This document shows, piece after piece, positions 1 through 7,463 of a stretch of DNA of 37,510 nt. Position 1 is the stretch's first letter. Each line of letters opens with the position of its first letter. The position numbers and the translations under genes are program-made. The notes below the pieces were generated by a model that saw nothing but the letters and a program-made list of their open reading frames with translations, did not search any database and was not told the origin of the DNA. The stretch is taken from the sequence record SRR2962707_1896, one strand, 5' to 3'.

Positions 1-31
1 GGACGAGGGTTCGAATCCCTCCGACTCCACC
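1..31 (+). ncRNA. ssrA: 3' end of tmRNA (tRNA-like domain); 5' part lies outside the window
   Basis: GGAC precedes a T-arm GAGGG-TTCGAAT-CCCTC (5-21), then acceptor strand CGACTCC, discriminator A and CC (22-31). The U at the position-70 equivalent is the alanine identity element, and GGAC directly before the T-arm is typical of tmRNA rather than tRNA-Ala. The terminal A of CCA is not encoded (CCT). Confidence 0.85.
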
Positions 32-34
32 TTC

Positions 35-78
35 GCTCGCCATAGTTTTGACACAGTCAAAACGAAGGCGAGCTTTTT
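35..78 (+). terminator. Long hairpin with T-tract after tmRNA (probable terminator, also REP-like)
   Basis: GCTCGCC(35-41)/GGCGAGC(67-73), internal ATA/GAA, GTTTTGAC(45-52)/GTCAAAAC(56-63), loop ACA, followed by TTTTT (74-78). Confidence 0.65.
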
Positions 79-159
79 GTTTGTAAGCAATTAATCTACA
101 CAATTCAATATCTCGCTTCGGTGGAGACACTCCACACTTCTACTCATTAAATTGTTTTG

Positions 160-396
160 ATGTGGTTTGTATACATATTACACTGCGCCGATGGTACCTA
201 TTATACCGGCTGCACTAACAATCTCAATAATCGCTTGACGAGACATTCCAAAGGTTATGTTTCATACACCAAGAGCAGATTGCCGTTTCAATTGATCACC
301 TACACTGTCTTTCAGGACAAATACAAAGCCTACCAATTTGAAAAGTACCTTAAGTTTGGTTCAGGAAAAGCTTTTCGGAATAGACACCTGATTTAA
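160..396 (+). CDS. Small stand-alone GIY-YIG nuclease family protein
   Basis: VYIL...YYTGCT..L..RL..H..G...YT motif and C-terminal A..FEKYLK.GSG.AF; ATG at 160 preferred over TTG at 157. Confidence 0.9.
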   Translation: MWFVYILHCADGTYYTGCTNNLNNRLTRHSKGYVSYTKSRLPFQLITYTVFQDKYKAYQFEKYLKFGSGKAFRNRHLI

Positions 397-500
397 ACTT
401 TGAACCCGAGTAGAGGGTTTGAAAGCGAAGCTTCACGAAGGGTCGTGCGCATGGGTGAGGGTATGAGTAATCTCTCCGGGGCATACCCGCAACCTGGCCC

Positions 501-642
501 CTCACTAAAATCTTCCGTAGAAAGATTTATATAAACCATGAAAAGATCAAATGAGGTAGGAAAGCATGTCATTATAGACTCTATTGAGATTCCACTTAGT
601 ACTACATTCAAACTTGATCTGCTCAAAAGAATGAGTAATTGA
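501..642 (+). pseudogene. Probable frameshifted remnant of a LytTR domain C-terminus
   Basis: One frame reads LTKIFRRKIYINHEKI(K*). Removing one A at 549-551 continues as NEVGKHVIIDSIEIPLSTTFKLDLLKRMSN* (stop 640-642), resembling the YIVN..KI..I....V.I....IP.S..YK..LL end of LytTR regulators. Confidence 0.4.
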
Positions 643-689
643 CTTTTTCCTCTTTCACTATACTTTATGACAAATTATCTAAAAAATAT

Positions 690-709
690 CTCGGATAATT
701 TTGTCCGAG
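690..709. promoter_or_regulatory. Palindromic operator 1 (probable Rrf2 autoregulatory site)
   Basis: CTCGGATAATTTTGTCCGAG; 19/20 identical to the site at 1201-1220; overlaps the predicted -33 element. Confidence 0.75.
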
Positions 710-730
710 TTAAAAATAAACATATTATTG
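700..730 (+). promoter_or_regulatory. Bacteroidota primary-sigma promoter for the Rrf2 gene
   Basis: TTTG (700-703), 19-nt spacer, TATTATTG (723-730; one mismatch to TAnnTTTG). Confidence 0.55.
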
Positions 731-749
731 CATAAACAAATTCATTAAA

Positions 750-1184
750 ATGTTTAGTAAAGCATGTGAATACGGACTTAAGGCTATGATTTCCATAGCA
801 ACCAAATCTGCGACAGGTCAGCGTACCAACCTGAAGGAGATTTCTAAAAACATCGATTCTCCAGAGCAATTCACAGCTAAAATCCTTCAGCAGCTTTCTC
901 GTAATAAGCTTATCCACTCCGTGATGGGTGCACATGGCGGATTTGAAATACGGGAGGATGAAATGAAAAAAATCAAACTAATAGATATTGTAAAGACCAT
1001 CGATGGCGATCAACTTTTTGTTGGTTGTGGACTTGGGCTCAAAGAATGCAACGCAAACAAACCTTGCCCTATCCATCATCGATTTATCGGTATTAGAAAT
1101 GACTTAACTAAAGTATTGTCCGAAACCAGTCTTCATGACATGTCGAATGATGTGAATGGAGGATTGGCCTTTTTAAATAGATAA
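750..1184 (+). CDS. Rrf2 family transcriptional regulator, probably Fe-S binding
   Basis: Winged HTH with KILQQL...S..GAHGGF, and C93-X6-C100-X5-C106-X2-H109, similar to the IscR Cys3His ligand spacing. Confidence 0.93.
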   Translation: MFSKACEYGLKAMISIATKSATGQRTNLKEISKNIDSPEQFTAKILQQLSRNKLIHSVMGAHGGFEIREDEMKKIKLIDIVKTIDGDQLFVGCGLGLKECNANKPCPIHHRFIGIRNDLTKVLSETSLHDMSNDVNGGLAFLNR

Positions 1185-1197
1185 AATTTTTTAACCA

Positions 1198-1223
1198 TAA
1201 CTCGGATAATTTTATCCGAGTTA
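1198..1223. promoter_or_regulatory. Palindromic operator 2 upstream of the membrane-protein genes
   Basis: Perfect 12-2-12 inverted repeat TAACTCGGATAA-TT-TTATCCGAGTTA ending 12 nt before ATG 1236. Confidence 0.75.
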
Positions 1224-1235
1224 AAATAAATAGTA

Positions 1236-1466
1236 ATGAAAGCAACCAAACAAACCATCTCGAGTTCCACAGTCCATTTTTGGCTTATCATGGTGAATCT
1301 TCCGCTTATTGCAATCACCATATATGTTCACTATCTACTTGATAAAGTAGGAGGACCGGGTAACACATTTATTAACCATGTTGGTGTCTGGCTCCTTGTG
1401 GCCTTCAAACTAATTGGAGCCAACTTGATTATGGCCACCATATTTTCAGAATATAAAATCAAATAG
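1236..1466 (+). CDS. Small hypothetical membrane protein (2 predicted TM helices)
   Basis: ATG after an A-rich leader, two hydrophobic stretches, 2-nt gap to the next ORF. Confidence 0.7.
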   Translation: MKATKQTISSSTVHFWLIMVNLPLIAITIYVHYLLDKVGGPGNTFINHVGVWLLVAFKLIGANLIMATIFSEYKIK

Positions 1467-1468
1467 TC

Positions 1469-1654
1469 ATGAATGAATTAACTAAAGCAAGAATCTTCTG
1501 GATGTTTACACATCTAATGGTATTTGCCACGCTATTAATCCTTGTAGTGAGTTTGGCAGTAGGCCTGCATCACTGGATGAACGGCCTCATTTTATTCGCT
1601 TCACTCAACTCCCTGAGCTGGATTGCAATTCTGGTTCATCTCGCAAACAAATAA
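1469..1654 (+). CDS. Small hypothetical membrane protein (2 predicted TM helices)
   Basis: Tightly packed between neighbours (2-nt and 10-nt gaps), strongly hydrophobic. Confidence 0.65.
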   Translation: MNELTKARIFWMFTHLMVFATLLILVVSLAVGLHHWMNGLILFASLNSLSWIAILVHLANK

Positions 1655-1664
1655 GTTATCAACT

Positions 1665-2339
1665 ATGAAAAATTTAACATTCAATCAATTTGCTGGTATT
1701 TCAGCTATTGTTTCCGCACTTCTCTACATCATTTCCATTGTAGGTATGCAGTTCTATCTTGCTACAGATACAACCAACATGGCCCTTTTTGTAGAAAACA
1801 TGAATGAACATCATACACTGATGTTAATCTATGGGTGGCCTGGACTTGTTGCAACCTTGCTAATCATTCCGCTGGTTCAATCTATTCATCATCACAATCG
1901 AAAGCTTTCCGGATTCTCTAAGTTCATATATTCCTTTACTGTAATCGGTTTAGTTTTTGTAATGGTGGGTTATCTCATGCACCTGGCTATGATCTATTAC
2001 CACACTTCCATTTATGAAACCATGACTGACAAACAGGATGTGATCAGCGTCATCATTAAAACCACCATTGGTGTCCAAGATCTGTTTTGGTTGAGTGGAG
2101 ACTTATTCGCTTTTCTAGGTATAGGCCTTCTGGCCCTACTTGGCTGGAAAGAAGGCTACCTTTCCGGATCGCTTGCTAGTGCAGGAATGGTTGCTGGTTT
2201 CCTTGCTGCAATTGGAAGTTTCGGATTCATACCTTCAATGAAAGAGACTGGTATTAGCTTCCTATTCATTGGCGGATTCTCAGTCTTTGCAATTTGGGAG
2301 GTAATCCTTGGGATAATAATGCTGCGACTAAAAGACTAG
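1665..2339 (+). CDS. Polytopic membrane protein, DUF4386-like
   Basis: About 6 hydrophobic segments and a terminal F..WE..LG...L pattern; ATG 1665 avoids overlap with the upstream ORF. Family call is tentative. Confidence 0.75.
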   Translation: MKNLTFNQFAGISAIVSALLYIISIVGMQFYLATDTTNMALFVENMNEHHTLMLIYGWPGLVATLLIIPLVQSIHHHNRKLSGFSKFIYSFTVIGLVFVMVGYLMHLAMIYYHTSIYETMTDKQDVISVIIKTTIGVQDLFWLSGDLFAFLGIGLLALLGWKEGYLSGSLASAGMVAGFLAAIGSFGFIPSMKETGISFLFIGGFSVFAIWEVILGIIMLRLKD

Positions 2340-2345
2340 TAGATT

Positions 2346-2385
2346 AAACACATCAAAGCACAAATTCGTGTGCTTTGATGTGTTT
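2346..2385. terminator. Bidirectional terminator between convergent genes
   Basis: Perfect 17-bp stem AAACACATCAAAGCACA/TGTGCTTTGATGTGTTT with loop AATTCG. Confidence 0.8.
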
Positions 2386-3576
2386 TCAAAAATACCGTGT
2401 AATAGACGCCTGGATAAAACTATCATCTCTCAGGAAGGAGGTAAATTCAGTTGGATCAACGTTATCAAAAATCCTCGCTTCCAAAACACCTTTCCAGGAT
2501 GAACCTATTCGCCTGCTCGATTCGATGAAGTAAAGATCAGTGGAGCGATTTGCGTCATTAATCATTCCCATCAATACTTGCGTGTCTTTCACATCATTGA
2601 ATCCAAAACGGATACCACTAAAAATATCACTCTGTAATCCATTAAGGGCAATATCATCACGATCATCATAGAGGTATTCACTCAAGATACCAATGTCCAA
2701 TCCGGAACCTCCTACGTTACCGAAAGTGTATTCAAAACCTCCCGCCAGGGCGAAAACGTCCTGAAATTGGTTTTCCCGATAAATGGATTCCAGCTTAAGA
2801 AGTAATGAACCTGTAGTCACCTGTAGATCAATGCCTACTTGATTAATAATACCGTAGAGCGCACTAAAGGTCTCAAAGTTGGTAATTATCGGCTCTCTCC
2901 CAGTTCCATGAAAGTAGGATACGCCAAAGTCCAGCACTCCAACATAGTTGGACCATCTGGCAGCTACGGAAGGACTCCATCTTTTATCCGCACTTTCGAA
3001 TCCAAATTCACGGCTATCAACAACTACATCTGACAGGTCGCCGGGCCTCAATCGTCCCTTTCTGCCAGGAAATACGCGCTTCCTAAAGTAGGGCATGACA
3101 TAGAGATCCAATGTTCCGAAATCTCCCAGCAAAGACATATGTGCCATAAACTCTCCCAACTTAGCTTCTCCATCAAAACTCTCCACTACATCGGTTTGAT
3201 TGATGATGTCAACAAGGTGGATTGATTCAGTTTTGCCCCAAAACACTTTCTTGAACCCCAGGGAAAACTCAAAATCAGAATTGTAAGTCTGCCAGTAGAG
3301 TTCCCTTATGTCGAGATGCGTTCTTCTGCTATCGTATTGATCAACCCTGGCAAATCCCACAAACTTGATGCTGTGAACACCTTCGGCCCACTCATACAGG
3401 TATTCGGGTTGGATCGAAAATGAGAGATAATTTCTCTCCTGACCCGGATAGCTTCCTTCCTCAAAGAAATAGCGGTTGTTTGCCTCTAGCTCTATGGAGA
3501 AATCACTATAGGTGTCGTCCTGCGCTTGCAAGGATGAACCGATTACAACAAATAGTGCTACTAATGCTTTTTTCAT
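2386..3576 (-). CDS. Outer-membrane beta-barrel protein of an MMPL/LolA-like operon
   Basis: Signal peptide (SLQA-Q), alternating aromatic beta-strand pattern, IRELY...G.KKVFWG motif, C-terminal ..TRYF. Confidence 0.8.
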   Translation of the reverse strand: MKKALVALFVVIGSSLQAQDDTYSDFSIELEANNRYFFEEGSYPGQERNYLSFSIQPEYLYEWAEGVHSIKFVGFARVDQYDSRRTHLDIRELYWQTYNSDFEFSLGFKKVFWGKTESIHLVDIINQTDVVESFDGEAKLGEFMAHMSLLGDFGTLDLYVMPYFRKRVFPGRKGRLRPGDLSDVVVDSREFGFESADKRWSPSVAARWSNYVGVLDFGVSYFHGTGREPIITNFETFSALYGIINQVGIDLQVTTGSLLLKLESIYRENQFQDVFALAGGFEYTFGNVGGSGLDIGILSEYLYDDRDDIALNGLQSDIFSGIRFGFNDVKDTQVLMGMINDANRSTDLYFIESSRRIGSSWKGVLEARIFDNVDPTEFTSFLRDDSFIQASITRYF

Positions 3577-3588
3577 GTTTTTGGTTTT

Positions 3589-3615
3589 AAAAACCCGGGA
3601 CTCTCCAGCCCCGGG
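3589..3615 (-). terminator. Intra-operon terminator-like hairpin
   Basis: Minus strand reads CCCGGGGCT-GGAG-AGTCCCGGG followed by TTTTT, between the LolA-like stop and the barrel start. Confidence 0.6.
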
Positions 3616-3640
3616 CTACTCACCTAACTCAAATCACATA

Positions 3641-4429
3641 CTACCTTCCAATTCGCTGGAGAGTAGTTTGATTGAAATCTTCCTCCTTTAATCCGGTTTT
3701 GAACTGGTAGTCTTCAAAAAACAGCTCGGTCTCTTTGCCTGTCTGATGATTGACCATATAAAATCTACTAGCTCGATGATGTTTGTCCAGATAAACCTTG
3801 TAATCATGGTAGGTCAAGGTTTTCAACAAGGCCCCTTTCCGATCGTAAAACTCCGCCTTTTCATATCTGTAGTTCTTTGAAGGATTATAATACACCACCC
3901 TTTTCTGATATCCGGATTTTGGATCAACCGGATATTGCTCCACCTTAAGCAATTTGGCTCCATTCACATTCTCTTCTCCAATAAACTTGTAAGTGTATTT
4001 CTCAACCTCGTCGGAAGACAAATCCTCGTAAGCAAATTCACTTCCCATAAAGGGTCCAGATTTGTTGCTGGATGAGATTCGTTTCACTCGTTTGATCGCA
4101 GGCAAGTAAAGCCATTGATCATCTGAACCAACCTTATGAGTGAAGGTCAGCGTGGCAGTTCCCTCAACATCACGAGGGCTTTTAAAAACGATCAAGGACT
4201 TGTCTCCGTCTTCTGTCAATTCATATGTCATGTTGGACATGAAGCGCTCACTTTCCTGACCTTGTCTGTTTCTTAGAATCATTCTCAGATCAACTTCCGA
4301 TGATTCAAATCCATAGTCCGCCTTAATGGCTGTCTCAGCGATTTCTTTGCCCTTCTGTTCGGGTGATTGCCCGAAGGCATTTAACACTACCAATAACGTG
4401 ATTGATATAATTATTTCTAGTCGTTTCAT
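3641..4429 (-). CDS. Outer-membrane lipoprotein-sorting (LolA-like) periplasmic protein
   Basis: Signal peptide; family motifs F.SP.DV.GT..L, DDQWLYLPA.KRVKRI, FMGSEF.YED and EFYDRKG.LLK; 4-nt overlap with the MMPL gene. Confidence 0.9.
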   Translation of the reverse strand: MKRLEIIISITLLVVLNAFGQSPEQKGKEIAETAIKADYGFESSEVDLRMILRNRQGQESERFMSNMTYELTEDGDKSLIVFKSPRDVEGTATLTFTHKVGSDDQWLYLPAIKRVKRISSSNKSGPFMGSEFAYEDLSSDEVEKYTYKFIGEENVNGAKLLKVEQYPVDPKSGYQKRVVYYNPSKNYRYEKAEFYDRKGALLKTLTYHDYKVYLDKHHRASRFYMVNHQTGKETELFFEDYQFKTGLKEEDFNQTTLQRIGR

Positions 4430-6792
4430 TGAGTTGCTTGTTTTAGTTCTAGTGATTTTTTCTGAGTTTTAGCTGTGATCAGCAGGAATGCCGGAAGCAT
4501 CAAAAAGTCGATAATCAATGCACTGACGATGATAATAGCTGTCACCTTGGCCATTCCTTCATTCATACCGAAACTGGATTGTGATAAAATGACAAACCCG
4601 GATATTAGTACCAGAGTGGTCACTACAAGAGCTCTCCCTACGGTATCAAAGGCATATCTAACTGCGTCTTCCGGGGAATATCCATGCTCCCGGATGGCTC
4701 TTAAGTACTTTGTGAGAAAGTGAATGGTATCATCAACGATGATCCCCAGTGTCATTCCGAATACAATGGAAATTCCAATGTTGATTTTACCACCTAGTAG
4801 GGCCCAAATTCCAAAACCCACGACAGCAGGAGTCAAATTGGGTAGCAGACTAATGATGCCATGGCTAAAACTTCTCAGGGCCAGTACAAGTACAAATGTG
4901 ATTAAACCAATCGCCATCAAATTGCTACTGATCAGGCTCAGAATCTGAGTTCGGGATAAGTAGGCAAACATCATCGTAGGGCTAATCCCATTGGTATGCA
5001 TGTAGGCCGGAGTATTTTCCTGAAGCCAGCTCTCCGCTCGCTGAGCAAATGCAATCATGGATTTGGATGGCATATTGGTAAGCGTGGCGGTGAGTCTTGT
5101 CTCTGACTTATCTACGTTGATCTGATTGTTCAAATCCAATCCGAATGGAAGGGACATTTCATAGAGAAGCAGGTATTGAGCAGCTTCTTCCCTATTTGTG
5201 GGCACCTTGTAAAAGGATTGATCGTCACCGTGCATGGATCTGTTTACCCGCCGGGCAATTTCTGAGTAGGCATTTACATGCACCACCTCCGGCTGATCTT
5301 CCAGCCATCTTTCGAATCTTTCTAGCTTTTCCAGGTATTCGGGGTTATTGATACCTCCGGATTCACCTGCAGAGAGTGAAAATTCAGTGTTGTAGATACC
5401 CGTTAGATTTTCATTGATGAAATCAGTATCCTGACGGAATGTAACACTCTGATCAAAGTACTTGATGAACTCATCGTTGAGATCAATATTGAAGGCGAAA
5501 AATCCCAAAGAAGCAATGACAACAGCCGAACCACCCAGAGTAGCCCATCTGTTTCCAATAACCGTATTGGCAATTCGATTGTAAAAACTCTTCTCCGGAT
5601 CTTTGCTTTTTTTGCTCGCCCTCACTTTGACAGGCAGAAGAGACATCATAACCGGCAACAGGGTAACCGAAAATAAAAAGGCTCCCACCATGCCTACTGC
5701 TGTAATATTTCCTAAATCCCTGAAAGGTGGAACCTCCGCTGTGTTCAAGGACAAGAATCCAATCACAGTTGTGAGACTTGTAATGAATACCGGCATGAAA
5801 TTCACTCTCAGGCTTTCTACGATTGCTTCCCTCTTCCCTAGTCCTTTCCTCATTCCCTGCATCATAGTGATCAAAATGTGAATACTGTCTGCCACGGCAA
5901 GTGTCATGATAATAATTGGAGCGGCACCTGATGGCGGAGTGAGCTTGATTCCCATATGACCGGCAAATCCCATCCCAAATACGATCGAAAACACAATCAC
6001 AAGAAGCGACACAATCGTTCCTGACAATGTTCGCGTTGAGATGAAAATTGTGACGAGAATGGCTAGAAACATCAATGGAATAAGCGTCGCACTATCCCTT
6101 TGCGATGCTTCGAAAAAAGCACTGTTTAACATCACCATTCCAGAAAGGTGTGTCTTCAGATTAGGATGCGCTTCTTCAAACTTTTCAGCCATTTCCCTCA
6201 CATGAGCAACTATGATTGGGTTTTCGTTGACATTCTCTCCAGGTAGTTGAACGGTGACATTAACAGCCGCAACTGTTCCACTTTCGTTTAAAAGCCGGTG
6301 CACGAGAAGAGGCTCACCAAGCGCAACCGAACGAATATGTTCAATTTCATCCTCATCCTTTTGTGAGGCTAACGTTACCAGATCTTCCACATAAAGATCA
6401 TCCTCCTGGGCATACGTGTGCTGGAAGTTGGTGATAGCATCTACCCTTGTAGAAAATGGGACCTGCCAGGATTGAGTGGTCAGGTCCTCGATTGCATCCA
6501 GTGTCTCTGCATTGAAAATCTTACCCTCAGCAGGCTCAATAACAATAAGTACATTATCATCTTGTGTGTACTTCTTCTGCAATGCCTCATAAGCCATCAA
6601 CTGCGGATTATTCTTTTTAAAGAACACCCGATAATCACCATCAAATCCAAGTTTGGCCCCACCTGAACCAAAAGCCATTGCCAATGCAATACTTAAAATG
6701 AGAACAGGCCATCGATACTTAATGACCCAATTCCCCCATTGTTCTCCAAACTGCTGAGAACTCTTTTTCATTTTGTTTAGCGAATACTTCAT
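4426..6792 (-). CDS. MMPL/RND-family inner-membrane transporter
   Basis: Two repeats of TM + periplasmic domain + 5 TM; motifs LAVADSIH, ITSLTT.IGF and GIIVDDTIH. Start could be 6792 or 6771. Confidence 0.92.
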   Translation of the reverse strand: MKYSLNKMKKSSQQFGEQWGNWVIKYRWPVLILSIALAMAFGSGGAKLGFDGDYRVFFKKNNPQLMAYEALQKKYTQDDNVLIVIEPAEGKIFNAETLDAIEDLTTQSWQVPFSTRVDAITNFQHTYAQEDDLYVEDLVTLASQKDEDEIEHIRSVALGEPLLVHRLLNESGTVAAVNVTVQLPGENVNENPIIVAHVREMAEKFEEAHPNLKTHLSGMVMLNSAFFEASQRDSATLIPLMFLAILVTIFISTRTLSGTIVSLLVIVFSIVFGMGFAGHMGIKLTPPSGAAPIIIMTLAVADSIHILITMMQGMRKGLGKREAIVESLRVNFMPVFITSLTTVIGFLSLNTAEVPPFRDLGNITAVGMVGAFLFSVTLLPVMMSLLPVKVRASKKSKDPEKSFYNRIANTVIGNRWATLGGSAVVIASLGFFAFNIDLNDEFIKYFDQSVTFRQDTDFINENLTGIYNTEFSLSAGESGGINNPEYLEKLERFERWLEDQPEVVHVNAYSEIARRVNRSMHGDDQSFYKVPTNREEAAQYLLLYEMSLPFGLDLNNQINVDKSETRLTATLTNMPSKSMIAFAQRAESWLQENTPAYMHTNGISPTMMFAYLSRTQILSLISSNLMAIGLITFVLVLALRSFSHGIISLLPNLTPAVVGFGIWALLGGKINIGISIVFGMTLGIIVDDTIHFLTKYLRAIREHGYSPEDAVRYAFDTVGRALVVTTLVLISGFVILSQSSFGMNEGMAKVTAIIIVSALIIDFLMLPAFLLITAKTQKKSLELKQATQ

Positions 6793-6829
6793 CTTTTTTT
6801 GCAACTGGTTAGTTTTTTCAGTTTATGAA

Positions 6830-6908
6830 TATTTCGTATATCGAAATAATTTCAACCTATAACGAAAGACAAATATTTTAGTTCATAAATATTTCGATTT
6901 TCGTATTA
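6830..6908. promoter_or_regulatory. Two candidate MarR operators
   Basis: TATTTCG-N5-CGAAATA (6830-6848) and imperfect TATTTCG-N5-CGTATTA (6890-6908) in the divergent intergenic region. Confidence 0.55.
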
Positions 6909-6953
6909 TATTTTTTCTGAAACATTTAAAAGCAGATTTTTGTCTTATATATA

Positions 6954-7424
6954 TTGACAAGAAGACGAGGTGGAATAAAGAATTTGGACAACACGAATCA
7001 ACATACTGATTTTGCTGAGGCGTTCCCTAGAATATTCGCGAAGCTGATCATGCGTATGCAGCAGGTTGATGATACATGCGTGCAAGCCACTCAGGACATT
7101 ACGAAGCAGGATTTAATGTTGGTTGAGTTTGTTGGCGATCACGATCAGGTGATCATGAGGGATATTGCAGAATTTCTCCAGACGCCTCATAGTACAGCCA
7201 CCGGAATCGTGGATAAGCTTGTACAGAAAGAATATTTGAAACGATACTATTCGGAGGAAGATCGAAGAACAGTCTTGGTAGGTCTAACCAAAAAAGGCCT
7301 GGATCTCAAAAACCTTTTCTGCAACATGAAAAATGAAATGAGTACCAGGATAGCTTCAATTCTGTCTCAATCAGAGAAAGACCAGATTCTCAAAATCTTA
7401 CAAAAGATAGAGGGACATATTTGA
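6954..7424 (+). CDS. MarR family transcriptional regulator
   Basis: HTH STATGIVDKLV.K.YL.R and wing EDRRTVLV.LT.KG; start uncertain (TTG 6954, TTG 6984 or later). Confidence 0.92.
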   Translation: MTRRRGGIKNLDNTNQHTDFAEAFPRIFAKLIMRMQQVDDTCVQATQDITKQDLMLVEFVGDHDQVIMRDIAEFLQTPHSTATGIVDKLVQKEYLKRYYSEEDRRTVLVGLTKKGLDLKNLFCNMKNEMSTRIASILSQSEKDQILKILQKIEGHI

Positions 7425-7463
7425 AGGTGGATACGTATCAAAACACGCTCTCTCAAAAGTCAC

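Noticed and set aside
1-31. tRNA-Ala rather than tmRNA
   Set aside because: Both share the CTCCA end, but GGAC directly before the T-arm fits tmRNA. Not fully decidable because the 5' part is outside the window.
393-935. Minus-strand ORFs 393-626 and 675-935
   Set aside because: No recognisable motifs; they overlap structured DNA, the LytTR remnant or the Rrf2 gene.
1-2340. Integrase-type genomic island inserted at tmRNA
   Set aside because: No integrase or recombinase ORF, and no convincing distant duplicate of the tmRNA 3' end was seen (only a 9-nt TCCGACTCC match inside the gene at about 18826). An att site outside the window cannot be excluded.
3626-3637. Exact 12-mer AACTCAAATCAC shared with the TonB receptor leader (26145-26156), suggesting antisense pairing
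   Set aside because: A single 12-nt match among AT-rich intergenic sequence is plausible by chance.
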